Virus record (IMG/VR): IMGVR_UViG_3300036828_000247
Location: 3,961 to 67,960 of that record
DNA from: a virus
Strand: one strand, 5' to 3'
Length of the DNA stretch: 64,000 nt
Shown here piece after piece: positions 35,748 through 44,899 of the stretch (positions are counted from its first letter, which is position 1; each line of letters starts with the position of its first letter). The translations under genes were made by a program, and so were the position numbers. The notes beneath the pieces are model-generated. The model saw only the letters and a list, made by a program, of their open reading frames with translations, was not told where the DNA came from and searched no databases.

Positions 35748-36287
35748 CTAGCCGTTCTCGCCGTGCTCGAACCGGGCGGAGCGGGCAGCGCTCAGTGCTT
35801 CAACGGCAGACTCAGGAACGCCAGACATGAACCCTTCTAGCAGGAAGCTGATCTCAACGGGGCCGCGCATCTTCTTGCGCATCGTGCCCTGCTCCAGCGG
35901 GCAGCCCGGGGCCACGGTCCACGGAACGGCCCAGAGGTCGCCGTGCTTGTGTAGCTGGACCGGCCAGCGTAGGCTGTCGCGCCTCGGGATGTGCCCTAGG
36001 ACCACGACGTCGGTACCCGTGCCGCAGTCGCTGACTCCCGAGGCTAGGTACAGCAGCCGCAGGGCTGACTCCTGGTCTAGCTGCCCCTTGACCTCGGCCC
36101 ACTGGCCCGAGCCGAGCCAGAAGTCTGGCAGCCACCGGAGGTGCCTGGAACCTATGTCAACCTCCAGCCCCTCCGGCTCATACTGCCACTCAATGCCGGC
36201 GTGGTCCAGGAACACAGCCCAGCGTGCCTCAAGCCGGGACCGCATCCGGAACCCCGCGTACCGCGTCTCAATCGCTCGCACAGTCAT
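35748..36287 (-). CDS. PD-(D/E)XK family endonuclease-like protein
   Basis: RSRLEARWAVFLD...YEPEG...LPDFWL...EVKG. Confidence 0.75.
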   Translation of the reverse strand: MTVRAIETRYAGFRMRSRLEARWAVFLDHAGIEWQYEPEGLEVDIGSRHLRWLPDFWLGSGQWAEVKGQLDQESALRLLYLASGVSDCGTGTDVVVLGHIPRRDSLRWPVQLHKHGDLWAVPWTVAPGCPLEQGTMRKKMRGPVEISFLLEGFMSGVPESAVEALSAARSARFEHGENG

Positions 36288-36341
36288 GGAATAAGGGTAA
36301 CCTAGTCGGAGCACGCTACGCTCAGCGTACAGGGAGGCGCA

Positions 36342-36923
36342 GTGTCTGAACGTGTTGCGGAGATCGTGGCCCTAGAAGGGTACGCGAATGTGGACCGTGA
36401 GGCTCGCAGCGCACAGCGCTGGGCTGCGGCCAGGCTGATCTACGAAGAGCTCCAGGAGAAGTCCTTTGGGGCACTGTCCATCGAGATCAAGGCGGCCGGG
36501 GGCAAGGGCAGCATCGGCCATCTGACGTGCATGCGGCGCTGCTGGGACCTTGTGGTTATCCAGGGAGGTATCGAGCCGGCCGACTACTCTGAGCTGCCCT
36601 TCTTTGGGACTGTCTACAACAGCGATGAGGTGCGCCGCCCAGCCGACCGGAAGCGCAGGAAGGCAACGACCGGCCACACGGACCGGGGGCACCGACACGG
36701 GCAAGGTAAGGGCCCGTGCCTTCACGAGTCCGCGAGCGCCTGGATCACGGCAGCCGACGAGGCCCTGAACACCCTAGCTGAGCACCGGGTAGCCTGGGCG
36801 TTCCTGAAAGGGTCCGACCTAAACCGCCTTAAAGGTCTCATACCGAAGGTGGAAGGGCTGGTTGACCTGATCGAACCTGACCCGGAGATGGAGGCATCCC
36901 GAAAGGGTAGCGCTACCGCGTGA
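36342..36923 (+). CDS. Hypothetical protein, possible DNA-binding
   Basis: GGGAGG RBS; HTH-like KSFGALSIEIKAAGGKGSIGHL. Confidence 0.5.
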   Translation: MSERVAEIVALEGYANVDREARSAQRWAAARLIYEELQEKSFGALSIEIKAAGGKGSIGHLTCMRRCWDLVVIQGGIEPADYSELPFFGTVYNSDEVRRPADRKRRKATTGHTDRGHRHGQGKGPCLHESASAWITAADEALNTLAEHRVAWAFLKGSDLNRLKGLIPKVEGLVDLIEPDPEMEASRKGSATA

Positions 36924-37019
36924 AACAGCGTATCGTTGCGTTAGTTTTACCTACGGTGCCCCGGCCGACAGCCCGACCGGGGCACCTGTCCCAGAACCTA
37001 CCCAAGATAGGAGCCGGGC

Positions 37020-37874
37020 ATGCCTAAGCCTAACTCCGGCCGAGCCGATCGGGCTAGGACGTTCGTCAGCGCGGCCGCAAGCCGTTTCCTGTGGATGATC
37101 GTGCTCGGCGTGATCCTTGCCATCAGTGCCTACTCCCTGTATTTCGTGGCGCGCCACCTGGGCGTGCCCAAGATCTTTGCCATCGGCATGAGCACCGCGT
37201 TCGACGGCACGGCGATGATCCTCGCGCAGCAGAGCCTGGCCCGTGCCATCGCTGGGATCTCCAGCGCAGCGCCGAAGCTGTGGATGTACCTGTTCGCCGG
37301 GCTCTCGTCCTGGCTCAACAGCCTCCATGCCCTCCTCGGGCACGAGACCTTGCTGGCTGTACCGCTGTGGGCCGGCCTGCCCATCGGGGCTGTCGTGGTG
37401 TTCGACATCAACACGTCATTCGCCAGGCGCAAGGCACTCGTCCAGTCGGGCCGCCAGTACGCTGACCGGCTGCCCAAGTTCGGCGTGGCTTCCTGGGTGT
37501 TCTTCCCTGCCAATGCGCTCACGTCGATGCGCACGATCGTGGGCCGACGGATGAAGGCCGTTACCGATCACGCTATCGCCCGCGCAGACGCCCAGCCCGT
37601 TACCGGAAGCGTTACCCGGCCGCGCAAGACGATACCTGCCAGAAGCGTTACTGAACCCGAGCCGGGGAGCGCTACCCCCGAGCCCGCCACAGTAGTCGCT
37701 ACTGTGGAAACGATACGGGAAGAATCGGATGCCCCCGGGCTGTCGCAGATCGTGACTTGCGAGTCCCCGGATTGTGGCGAGACCTTCATCAGGAGGAGGT
37801 CCGATCAGAGGTACTGTGGCTCCCGGTGCCGGACGGCCGCTACTCGGGCTCGTCAGCGGGAAGCGGAGGGGTGA
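37020..37874 (+). CDS. DUF2637/SpdA-like membrane protein with C-terminal Zn finger
   Basis: Four TM segments, AISAYSLYFVA...FDG...WLNSLHA; CESPDCG...YCGSRCR. Confidence 0.7.
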   Translation: MPKPNSGRADRARTFVSAAASRFLWMIVLGVILAISAYSLYFVARHLGVPKIFAIGMSTAFDGTAMILAQQSLARAIAGISSAAPKLWMYLFAGLSSWLNSLHALLGHETLLAVPLWAGLPIGAVVVFDINTSFARRKALVQSGRQYADRLPKFGVASWVFFPANALTSMRTIVGRRMKAVTDHAIARADAQPVTGSVTRPRKTIPARSVTEPEPGSATPEPATVVATVETIREESDAPGLSQIVTCESPDCGETFIRRRSDQRYCGSRCRTAATRARQREAEG

Positions 37875-37950
37875 TGAGCTACCGGCAAGCCGTTACCGGC
37901 GAAGCGATACCCGGAAGCGCTACCGGCGAAGCGCTTCCAGGAAGCGCTAC
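37606..37950 (+). repeat. Cluster of GAAGCGNTAC-type direct repeats (clt-like)
   Basis: Copies at 37606, 37642, 37666, 37901, 37914, 37928 and 37941. Confidence 0.7.
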
Positions 37951-37965
37951 CGAGGAGGTAACGCC

Positions 37966-39618
37966 GTGACGAACCCCTTCTTCTTCTGGTCGCTGATGAT
38001 GATCGTGTACTACGTAGCCGTAGGCGCGGTGATCGGTGATGGCTACTTCCGCTCGCTGATCGGGCACAGCCACGGGAGTGGACACAGCCACAGCAAGCTC
38101 CACATCGTCCTATGGCAGATCCACAGCGGCATGCATGTTAACCCGAACCGGAGCTATGGGGACGAGGCCAGGCTCAAGCGCGCGGCCGGGGCAACCAACC
38201 GGGCCACCCCCGAGGGGGCCATCGTCTACTTCACCCGCTGGAAGCGTGGCAGGCGAGCTCTTCGCAACAACGCGATCGTCTGGGCATTCCTTAGCTCCTG
38301 CTTCGGCCTCGTGGCCGCACCCGGCGTTACCGTCAACGTTCTGGTCGTCGCGCTCATCCTTGGCATCACGGCCTGGATTGCCTGGATGGTCCAGAAGGCA
38401 CGCAAGCGAGCCCGGGATCAGCCTGCCCGGAAGATCGCCAAGACACTGCCGTCGTTCCGGCCCGGAGCCCGTGCCGTGCCTCGTGTTGATACACCACAGC
38501 TGTTCCGGGCGCAGGGCACCGTGGTTGAGGCCAAGCCAAAGCTAGACGGTGGCATCCCGACCAGCGTCATGGCTGTATTGCTCTCTGAGCCCATTGGCTG
38601 TAGCCCCATGGAAACGTCTGACCGGCTAACCATCGGGGCTGACATGGGCACCCTAGCTCTGCCTGACACGTTCCCTGCCCTAGAGAAGCAGAAGGAGCAC
38701 GTCCAGGACATCATCCGGGCGCAGACCGGCGCGCGGCTCCAGTTTACCTGGAGCACGAGCTCGGTACCGCGCACGGTCAGCTGGGTCCCGGTCGTGCGTA
38801 GCCTGCCCGGCTATGCCAGGTTCCGGGACTACCTGCCCCAGATGGAGAAGCTCCCTCATGGCGACTTCGGGGTTGGCCTGGACACCGATCACGAGATGTA
38901 CGTGGCCAGTCACCGGGGCGAGACGCCGTGGATCCTGCGCTCAGCCAGCCCGGGCACCGGGAAGTCAACCGCGTTCCAGGTGAAGCTGGCGCAGATCTGC
39001 CACCGTGACCCTAGGGCTGAGGTCTACTGCGTTGACACCAAGCAGGTCAGCTTCCACGACATGCACGGTATCCCCGGGGTCCACATCTACGAGGACCCGG
39101 TCACCGGGATGGGGCAGATCTACAAGCTGTTCTTTACCCTCCACAAGGTCATGCTAGACCGTTACACGGCCGTCCGGACGCACCAGGCTAGCTACGAGGA
39201 CTTCGATGACATCTGGCTCCTGATAGATGAGGGCAACGATCTCGCCACGAACCTGCGCACGTACTACACCAATGAGATCAAGGAGACCGGAGGCCCGGCC
39301 CAGCCACCCGTGTGGTCGGAGGCCATTGAGCCGATCCGTAACCTTGGCCGGCAGGTTCACATCCGCGGAGAGTGGATGTTCCAGAACATGACCGACAAGG
39401 CTCTGGGCGGCATCAGCCTACGGGACGGCTGGGGCGAGATCGGCATGGCCGGCTACAACCGTAACCAGTTCGGCAGGATTATCGGCAACCCGTACGAGGA
39501 GCCAAAGGGAGGAGTTGGGCGTATCCTTATGGTGAGAGGAAACAAGAGGACATGGGTTCAGGGATTCCACGATGAGCCCGAGTACCTGCGCAACTACGCG
39601 CTGGTAGGAAGAAGGTAG
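37966..39618 (+). CDS. FtsK/SpoIIIE-family DNA translocase resembling actinomycete plasmid Tra/TraB
   Basis: N-terminal TM segments; SPGTGKS, VYCVDTK, LLIDEGN, LGRQV; GAGGAGG RBS before GTG 37966. Confidence 0.75.
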   Translation: MTNPFFFWSLMMIVYYVAVGAVIGDGYFRSLIGHSHGSGHSHSKLHIVLWQIHSGMHVNPNRSYGDEARLKRAAGATNRATPEGAIVYFTRWKRGRRALRNNAIVWAFLSSCFGLVAAPGVTVNVLVVALILGITAWIAWMVQKARKRARDQPARKIAKTLPSFRPGARAVPRVDTPQLFRAQGTVVEAKPKLDGGIPTSVMAVLLSEPIGCSPMETSDRLTIGADMGTLALPDTFPALEKQKEHVQDIIRAQTGARLQFTWSTSSVPRTVSWVPVVRSLPGYARFRDYLPQMEKLPHGDFGVGLDTDHEMYVASHRGETPWILRSASPGTGKSTAFQVKLAQICHRDPRAEVYCVDTKQVSFHDMHGIPGVHIYEDPVTGMGQIYKLFFTLHKVMLDRYTAVRTHQASYEDFDDIWLLIDEGNDLATNLRTYYTNEIKETGGPAQPPVWSEAIEPIRNLGRQVHIRGEWMFQNMTDKALGGISLRDGWGEIGMAGYNRNQFGRIIGNPYEEPKGGVGRILMVRGNKRTWVQGFHDEPEYLRNYALVGRR

Positions 39619-39627
39619 GAGGAAGTC

Positions 39628-40008
39628 ATGCCCAAGTGGGTTGAGCGATGGTGGCTTCGGGCCATCAACCGCACCCAGTGCTCCCCGAGCATCATCGTCG
39701 CGATAGCCATCGTCTTCCTGGCGGTGGTTGTGTTCCAGCACCGCGAGGCAATCATCCACACCGTCGTGATCACGATGCTGTGCATTGTCGGAGCGCTGGC
39801 CCTGGCCGGTCTCGGGATCCTGGCCCACACGGTGTGGATCTGGAACCACGACAAGAACCGCACCATGGTTCAGCGCATCGCTACGGTACGTGGCGGCGCC
39901 AGCCCGGCCGACGACAGCATCGTTGATGTGCCCGACGACATCAGCGACCAGGGCTCGGTGCTAGCCGATGAGACGGAGGCTTTCCTGAGGAAGGCCGGAA
40001 AGGAATAA
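39628..40008 (+). CDS. Membrane protein (Spd-like)
   Basis: Two TM segments; directly after the translocase. Confidence 0.55.
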   Translation: MPKWVERWWLRAINRTQCSPSIIVAIAIVFLAVVVFQHREAIIHTVVITMLCIVGALALAGLGILAHTVWIWNHDKNRTMVQRIATVRGGASPADDSIVDVPDDISDQGSVLADETEAFLRKAGKE

Positions 40009-40082
40009 CAATTCGGTAGCTTCCACCGGGCGGATGGGGTATACTGGTACTAGGCAATACCGGGCGAATGAGGAGTACCACG

Positions 40083-40265
40083 ATGACCTGCCAGAATCCC
40101 GCAACGTTTGTTGTGTACCAGCACAGCCCCGAGCTTGACGCGCGGATGACCTGCGACTACCACCTGCCAGAGGAGATCCGGAGCCGTCCGGGCCTGACCG
40201 TTTCTGTGTTCAACGTTGATCCTCCGTCTCCCGGCTACAACTGCGAGGACGGGAGCCCGCGATGA
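40083..40265 (+). CDS. Small Cys/His protein
   Basis: Promoter at 40017 + CCGGGCGAA + GAGGAG. Confidence 0.55.
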   Translation: MTCQNPATFVVYQHSPELDARMTCDYHLPEEIRSRPGLTVSVFNVDPPSPGYNCEDGSPR

Positions 40266-42217
40266 CTGTTACCTGCACCACGGACGGCCGGAAGATCCTG
40301 GTGCGCTTCCCCTACTCCAAGACTGCGGTTGACCAGATTCATAAGGTTCCTGGCGCACGCTGGAATGGCGATGACAAGGTATGGCGCTGCCCGCTGGCCA
40401 TGGATACCTGCCGCGTCCTGCGCCGCGTATTTGGCCAGGAGCTGGAGATCCTGCCGCCGCTGGTTACCTGGGCACGGGCCGAGCTCGTGGCCGAGGCCGC
40501 GCTGGAGGATATCCGGGCCGGGAAGGCTACGGCCCGGCTGGTCCGTGTTGAGGAGCAGGCTCCGCAGCTAGCCCTGGCGATGGATGCCCGACCGTACCAG
40601 AAGGACGGTGCTGCGTTCCTGTCCCTGGGCCAGCACGTTCTGCTGGGCGACCAGCCCGGCCTGGGCAAGACACTTCAGACCCTGGCCGCTCTGGTTGAGA
40701 CCGGTGCCCGCCGCATCCTCGTGGTCTGCCCGCGTACCGCTACCCGGACCGTCTGGGCCCGCGAGACGAATCGCTGGTCCCCCACGATCATGCCGTTCGT
40801 GGCGCAGGGCACCCGCGCCCAGCGCGAGCAGGCGATGCAGTCCTTCGCCGAGATGCCGTATGCCGGCCCCAAGATGCTGATCATCAACACCGAGATGATG
40901 CGGGTGCGGAAGACCTGGGTGTGCAAGCAGCCTCCTTCGGGCGGGAACGTCCCGGGTGGCGGGTACAGCCTGACCCGAGTCAAGGGCAAGAAGAATCTCC
41001 AGTGGGACCCTCCCCTGCCGACGTGGAACAAGGCCCCGGGTCTCAAGGGTGGTTGCCCCCTCGCGCATGACCACGAGGTCGTGCCCGAGCAGGAGTGGCC
41101 GTGGCTGTTCGGGCAGACCTGGGATGCGATCGTGGTGGACGAGAGCCACAACGCGCTGGCCACGACCAAGAATGTCCAGAGCAAGGGAATCACCCAGGTC
41201 CGGTATGGCGCTGTGCTGTTGCGTAAGCGCCTAAGCAAGGACGCGGGTAGCCTCGCCATAGCCCTGTCGGGAACTCCCTTCAGGAGCAACCTGGCGAAGG
41301 CATGGGGCACGCTAAACTGGCTCCGGCCCGACGTGTTCACTAGCTTCTGGAACTACGCCAAGACTCACTTCGGTGTCGAGAGTGACGGCTATGGCCTGAC
41401 GGTCGGCCGGGAGCCGCTGGACCAGGAAGCGTTCGACCGGGCTATGCGGCCGTACTTCCTGGCCCGTACCAAGGCCGAGGTTGCCACCGACCTGCCCCCG
41501 ATCGTCTACGCGGGAACTCCTCCCGAGGGCAATCCCGAGGCCGGCAACTACGTGTGGCTGCCGATGGACGGGAAGCAGGCTGACGCTTACGACGACATGG
41601 TGAAGCTGGCCACGGTCCGACTCGGGGACCGGACGCTGACCGCCAACGGCGTCCTGGCCGAGATCACCCGGAGGCGCCAGTTCGCATGCGCCTACGCGAC
41701 AGCTGGGGCCGGCAACCAGATGCGGATGGCCCTGCCGAGCAACAAGCTGGACTGGATCCTGGAGTTCCTTGAGGAGCGGGCCGGCCAGGAGGGTAAGGTA
41801 GTCATCGCCACCGGGTTCACCCAGCTGGTGAAGCTGTTCAGCGACGAGCTAGCCAGGGCTGGCTATGAGAACCTGACTCTGACCGGCGAGACAAACGACC
41901 GTGACCGTGCAACCCTGGTTGAGCGCTTCGCTGACCCGGACGACACGGCCCGGGTTGCCATCATCAACATGAAGGCCGGGGGCGTGGCTATCACGCTAGA
42001 CCAGGCCGACGATATGATCCTGGTGGACCAGCCGTGGACGTCGGACGAGGAGGAGCAGGTTGTTGACCGGATTCACCGCGTGAGCAGGATTCACAACGTG
42101 ACCGTCTACCGGCTCCTGTCCGAGGGAACTGTGGATGAATGGATGGCTAGCAACGGGGCCGACCAGCGCCGTATCCTGCTGGAGGCCAGGCCCGAGATGC
42201 TCAGGGAGGTGCCATAA
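40262..42217 (+). CDS. SNF2-family DEAD/H helicase with N-terminal HARP-like domain
   Basis: DQPGLGKT, VVDESH, LSGTP, AGGVAITL, QVVDRIHR. Confidence 0.9.
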   Translation: MTVTCTTDGRKILVRFPYSKTAVDQIHKVPGARWNGDDKVWRCPLAMDTCRVLRRVFGQELEILPPLVTWARAELVAEAALEDIRAGKATARLVRVEEQAPQLALAMDARPYQKDGAAFLSLGQHVLLGDQPGLGKTLQTLAALVETGARRILVVCPRTATRTVWARETNRWSPTIMPFVAQGTRAQREQAMQSFAEMPYAGPKMLIINTEMMRVRKTWVCKQPPSGGNVPGGGYSLTRVKGKKNLQWDPPLPTWNKAPGLKGGCPLAHDHEVVPEQEWPWLFGQTWDAIVVDESHNALATTKNVQSKGITQVRYGAVLLRKRLSKDAGSLAIALSGTPFRSNLAKAWGTLNWLRPDVFTSFWNYAKTHFGVESDGYGLTVGREPLDQEAFDRAMRPYFLARTKAEVATDLPPIVYAGTPPEGNPEAGNYVWLPMDGKQADAYDDMVKLATVRLGDRTLTANGVLAEITRRRQFACAYATAGAGNQMRMALPSNKLDWILEFLEERAGQEGKVVIATGFTQLVKLFSDELARAGYENLTLTGETNDRDRATLVERFADPDDTARVAIINMKAGGVAITLDQADDMILVDQPWTSDEEEQVVDRIHRVSRIHNVTVYRLLSEGTVDEWMASNGADQRRILLEARPEMLREVP

Positions 42218-42347
42218 AATAGGCCGGAAACGAGCCCGGGTTAAACTAGTAGGCCCCGCAACGAGGAGGCCCCCATCGCCAGAGCGAGGAGTCCGCCCAC
42301 GGAGATAGACGGGACCGCAACGGCTATCTCTGGAGAGGAGGAAGGAA

Positions 42348-42569
42348 ATGATGCAGATCCGAGCACGCGTCATCGCAGCAGCCGCCGCACTCGCCCTGGG
42401 CGCTGGCCTGGGCGGTGCGGTCGCAGCCGCCGCACCGGCCGCACCGGTCACGCCCAAGATGTATTACAAGATGTATTACAAGGGCCCGGCCACCCATGCG
42501 CCGTCGCTGGCCATGTATTACAAGGGCCCGGCCGGCGAAGGCTGGACCCGCTCGATCGTCGGAGACTAA
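42348..42569 (+). CDS. Secreted peptide precursor with three MYYK repeats
   Basis: Signal-peptide-like N-terminus; PKMYYKMYYKGPATHAPSLAMYYKGPAG. Confidence 0.6.
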   Translation: MMQIRARVIAAAAALALGAGLGGAVAAAAPAAPVTPKMYYKMYYKGPATHAPSLAMYYKGPAGEGWTRSIVGD

Positions 42570-42688
42570 CCAGTCTCCGATAGGCTAGAATAGAGAGGTG
42601 GGAAGCCATTTGCGTCGGTAGTTGAAACGTCCGGCAAATGGCCCGGTGTAGCGGCCGGGCCATTTGTCTGCCCGGCCAAGGAGGAACG

Positions 42689-42823
42689 ATGAAGCAGTTC
42701 ACGGTGACAGTCACCCGGGACGGCCAGCGGGTAACGATCACCTCCAAGACAGCATATGATCTGGCGGCCGTGATCCGGGACCTCCGGATCGGGGACAAGG
42801 CAACGATCGAGAGGAAGCGCTAG
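42689..42823 (+). CDS. Small hypothetical protein
   Basis: AAGGAGG RBS. Confidence 0.5.
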   Translation: MKQFTVTVTRDGQRVTITSKTAYDLAAVIRDLRIGDKATIERKR

Positions 42824-42825
42824 CC

Positions 42826-43038
42826 ATGAGCAAGGGCCAGCCGTACCCGGGGGCCGAGGAACACATCCTGGAAGCCAAGCGAATGTCAATTGTGATCCAG
42901 GAAAGCATCGAAGACCCGAGCGACAACGTGACCAACGATGACCTGATCCTGCTCGCTCAGCTCGGCATCCTACACGCAGTGACGGCGATAGCCGACCGGC
43001 TGAACCGGCTGACCGAGCTGGCGGAGGAGGCATCATGA
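42826..43038 (+). CDS. Small hypothetical protein
   Basis: HAVTAIA motif; operon-coupled. Confidence 0.55.
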   Translation: MSKGQPYPGAEEHILEAKRMSIVIQESIEDPSDNVTNDDLILLAQLGILHAVTAIADRLNRLTELAEEAS

Positions 43039-43319
43039 CTGAGGGGATCCGCCCCGGATCGCTGGATCACGTTATGTCGCTGGCCACTCCCGGTGATCCG
43101 TGGAAGCTTGACCCGGATGCCGACGTCGAGGATTACCTGGACGCAGTCCGCGCGTCGATTGCCCGGGGTGTCTGCCCGTGGTGCCTGGATACCCTGATGG
43201 CGTTCGGGCCAGGAGAGTACTGTTGCCTCGGGAACGGCCCCGGTACCGGCAGCCACGGCCCCCATATGGCGATGTACTGGTATCGTGACGGGATAGCCTG
43301 GCCGCTAGTGGCCGGGTAA
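43035..43319 (+). CDS. Small Zn-ribbon protein
   Basis: GVCPWC; ATGA coupling. Confidence 0.5.
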   Translation: MTEGIRPGSLDHVMSLATPGDPWKLDPDADVEDYLDAVRASIARGVCPWCLDTLMAFGPGEYCCLGNGPGTGSHGPHMAMYWYRDGIAWPLVAG

Positions 43320-43356
43320 GCTAGACCTCACCGACCGGGCGAAACGAGAGGAAGCC

Positions 43357-44157
43357 ATGACCGCCTACGTAGTAACCAGGAACAGACCCAACAACCTCAA
43401 GAAGGTCATCCCGTTCTGGCTGGACCAGGAGATTCCAGTCAGGCTGGTGGTTGAGTCATCCGAGTACCAGGAGCACAGGGATCTAATCCGGGGGATGGGG
43501 TGGCGTGGCTGGGTCACGGCAATCCGGCCGAAGTCCCGTGAGCGTGGCATCGGCTATGCCAGGAACTTCGCCGTGCGTGATGCCGCATCAGAGGGTCTGG
43601 CCTCCTTCATTATGAGCGATGACGATATGCGGCCGCAGGAAGGATCAGACATGCGCCTCCTGCTCGAGGAGGCCGCTGAGAATAACGTCCTGGGCATCGG
43701 GGCCGTGCGCCGGCTCCATGACTGGTTCTCGGGAGGGGCTGTCAGCGCCAACAGCGGCGTGATCCTGTGCCCGTCCGGCTGGGGCATGCAGCTGTTTGCG
43801 CTCAACACGCTGAAGGCCCTGGAAGTGGGCAACTTCGACAAGCGGCTGGACTGCCTCGGGGAAGACCATGAGCTCATGCGGCAGGGCATCTCCCGGAAGA
43901 TTCCATGGCTGGTTCACTGCGACGTCTACTGTGACGCCATCGGGGCCCGTTACGCACCGGGCGGCCTCAACACCTACGCAGGCGGTAGGGTGGCCCGTAC
44001 GGAACGGGAGCTCGCGTGCCACACCCTCGTACACGACATGTGGCCGCAGTACGTTAGCGAGCCAGGCAGGGCCATGCGCGTGTCCTGGCAGCGGATGCTT
44101 AATGACTACATCCCCGGCTGGAAGGCCCGGAGCGCTATCCACGGTGGTAAGTGGTGA
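43357..44157 (+). CDS. GT-A glycosyltransferase resembling phage base-glycosylating (TAGT/GREB1/JGT-like) enzymes
   Basis: VVTRNRP, GIGYARNF, FIMSDDDM, GEDHEL, GGLN. Confidence 0.7.
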   Translation: MTAYVVTRNRPNNLKKVIPFWLDQEIPVRLVVESSEYQEHRDLIRGMGWRGWVTAIRPKSRERGIGYARNFAVRDAASEGLASFIMSDDDMRPQEGSDMRLLLEEAAENNVLGIGAVRRLHDWFSGGAVSANSGVILCPSGWGMQLFALNTLKALEVGNFDKRLDCLGEDHELMRQGISRKIPWLVHCDVYCDAIGARYAPGGLNTYAGGRVARTERELACHTLVHDMWPQYVSEPGRAMRVSWQRMLNDYIPGWKARSAIHGGKW

Positions 44158-44459
44158 AGACTCTCGATGGCCCGGCTACGCGCCGAGTGCTGACCGGATA
44201 CTACCGGCTACCTACAGCTACGGCTCTGCGCATCCTTGAGATTGTCAGCGAGCACGGCGTCAGCGTTGAGCCCTGGGAGAGAGGGGCCGTGACCGTCAGG
44301 GCGGCCGGTAAGAGCCTGTTCACCATTGAGAATGGCGCATCCGGGGCCGTTGATGGACTTCGTCCGGGAAAACCGGCCAAAACGGTAGCGCCAGGCCAGG
44401 GCAGGGGGTATAGTTCTAGCCCTGGACATCATATCAGCACCAAGCAAGGAGTGAGAACA

Positions 44460-44849
44460 ATGGCAAAGGTCGCAGCGCCTGCTGCCGACGAGTACGACGT
44501 CGAGCGTGACCTCACCGGCTACCTGGACAAGGCCCCCACCGCCAAGATGGAGGACTACCACGAGTGGCTGGAAGGGGTCCTGGGTGTCGAGATCGACAAG
44601 GACTCGATGTTCCTGGGCGTCACGCTCTACCCGGACTTCCAGCGGTCGCAGTTCAACCGAGGCCGCACCGCCGCGCGGCGTGAGGCGCGCGCAGCGGGCA
44701 ACGGCGAGGCCGAGGCCGAGACCGAGACCCCGGCCAAGGCCACTCCCGCCAGGCGCGGTCGTCCGCCCGGCAAGGCTGCGGCTGGCAAGGCCACGCCGGC
44801 CAAGCGTGGCCGTGGCAAGGCAGCTGCGGGTACCGCAGCGCCGTACTAG
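44460..44849 (+). CDS. DNA-binding-like protein with basic PAK tail (in-frame upstream extension from 44154)
   Basis: Promoter at 44386-44414 + AAGGAG RBS; YHEWLEGVLG...DFQRS; ATPAKRGRGK. Confidence 0.6.
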   Translation: MAKVAAPAADEYDVERDLTGYLDKAPTAKMEDYHEWLEGVLGVEIDKDSMFLGVTLYPDFQRSQFNRGRTAARREARAAGNGEAEAETETPAKATPARRGRPPGKAAAGKATPAKRGRGKAAAGTAAPY

Positions 44850-44856
44850 AAGGACC

Positions 44857-44895
44857 CCGGAGCACCGGGTTGGCCGACCCAGCCCGGTGCTCTGG
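44857..44895 (+). terminator. Long hairpin before the tRNA (terminator or processing site)
   Basis: CCGGAGCACCGGGTTGG / CCAGCCCGGTGCTCTGG. Confidence 0.5.
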
Positions 44896-44899
44896 TCAA

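Noticed and set aside
40900-41100. Intein in the SNF2 helicase (Pro/Gly/Cys-rich insertion)
   Set aside because: Short, with no intein terminal motifs (C...HN/C,S,T); more likely a loop insertion.
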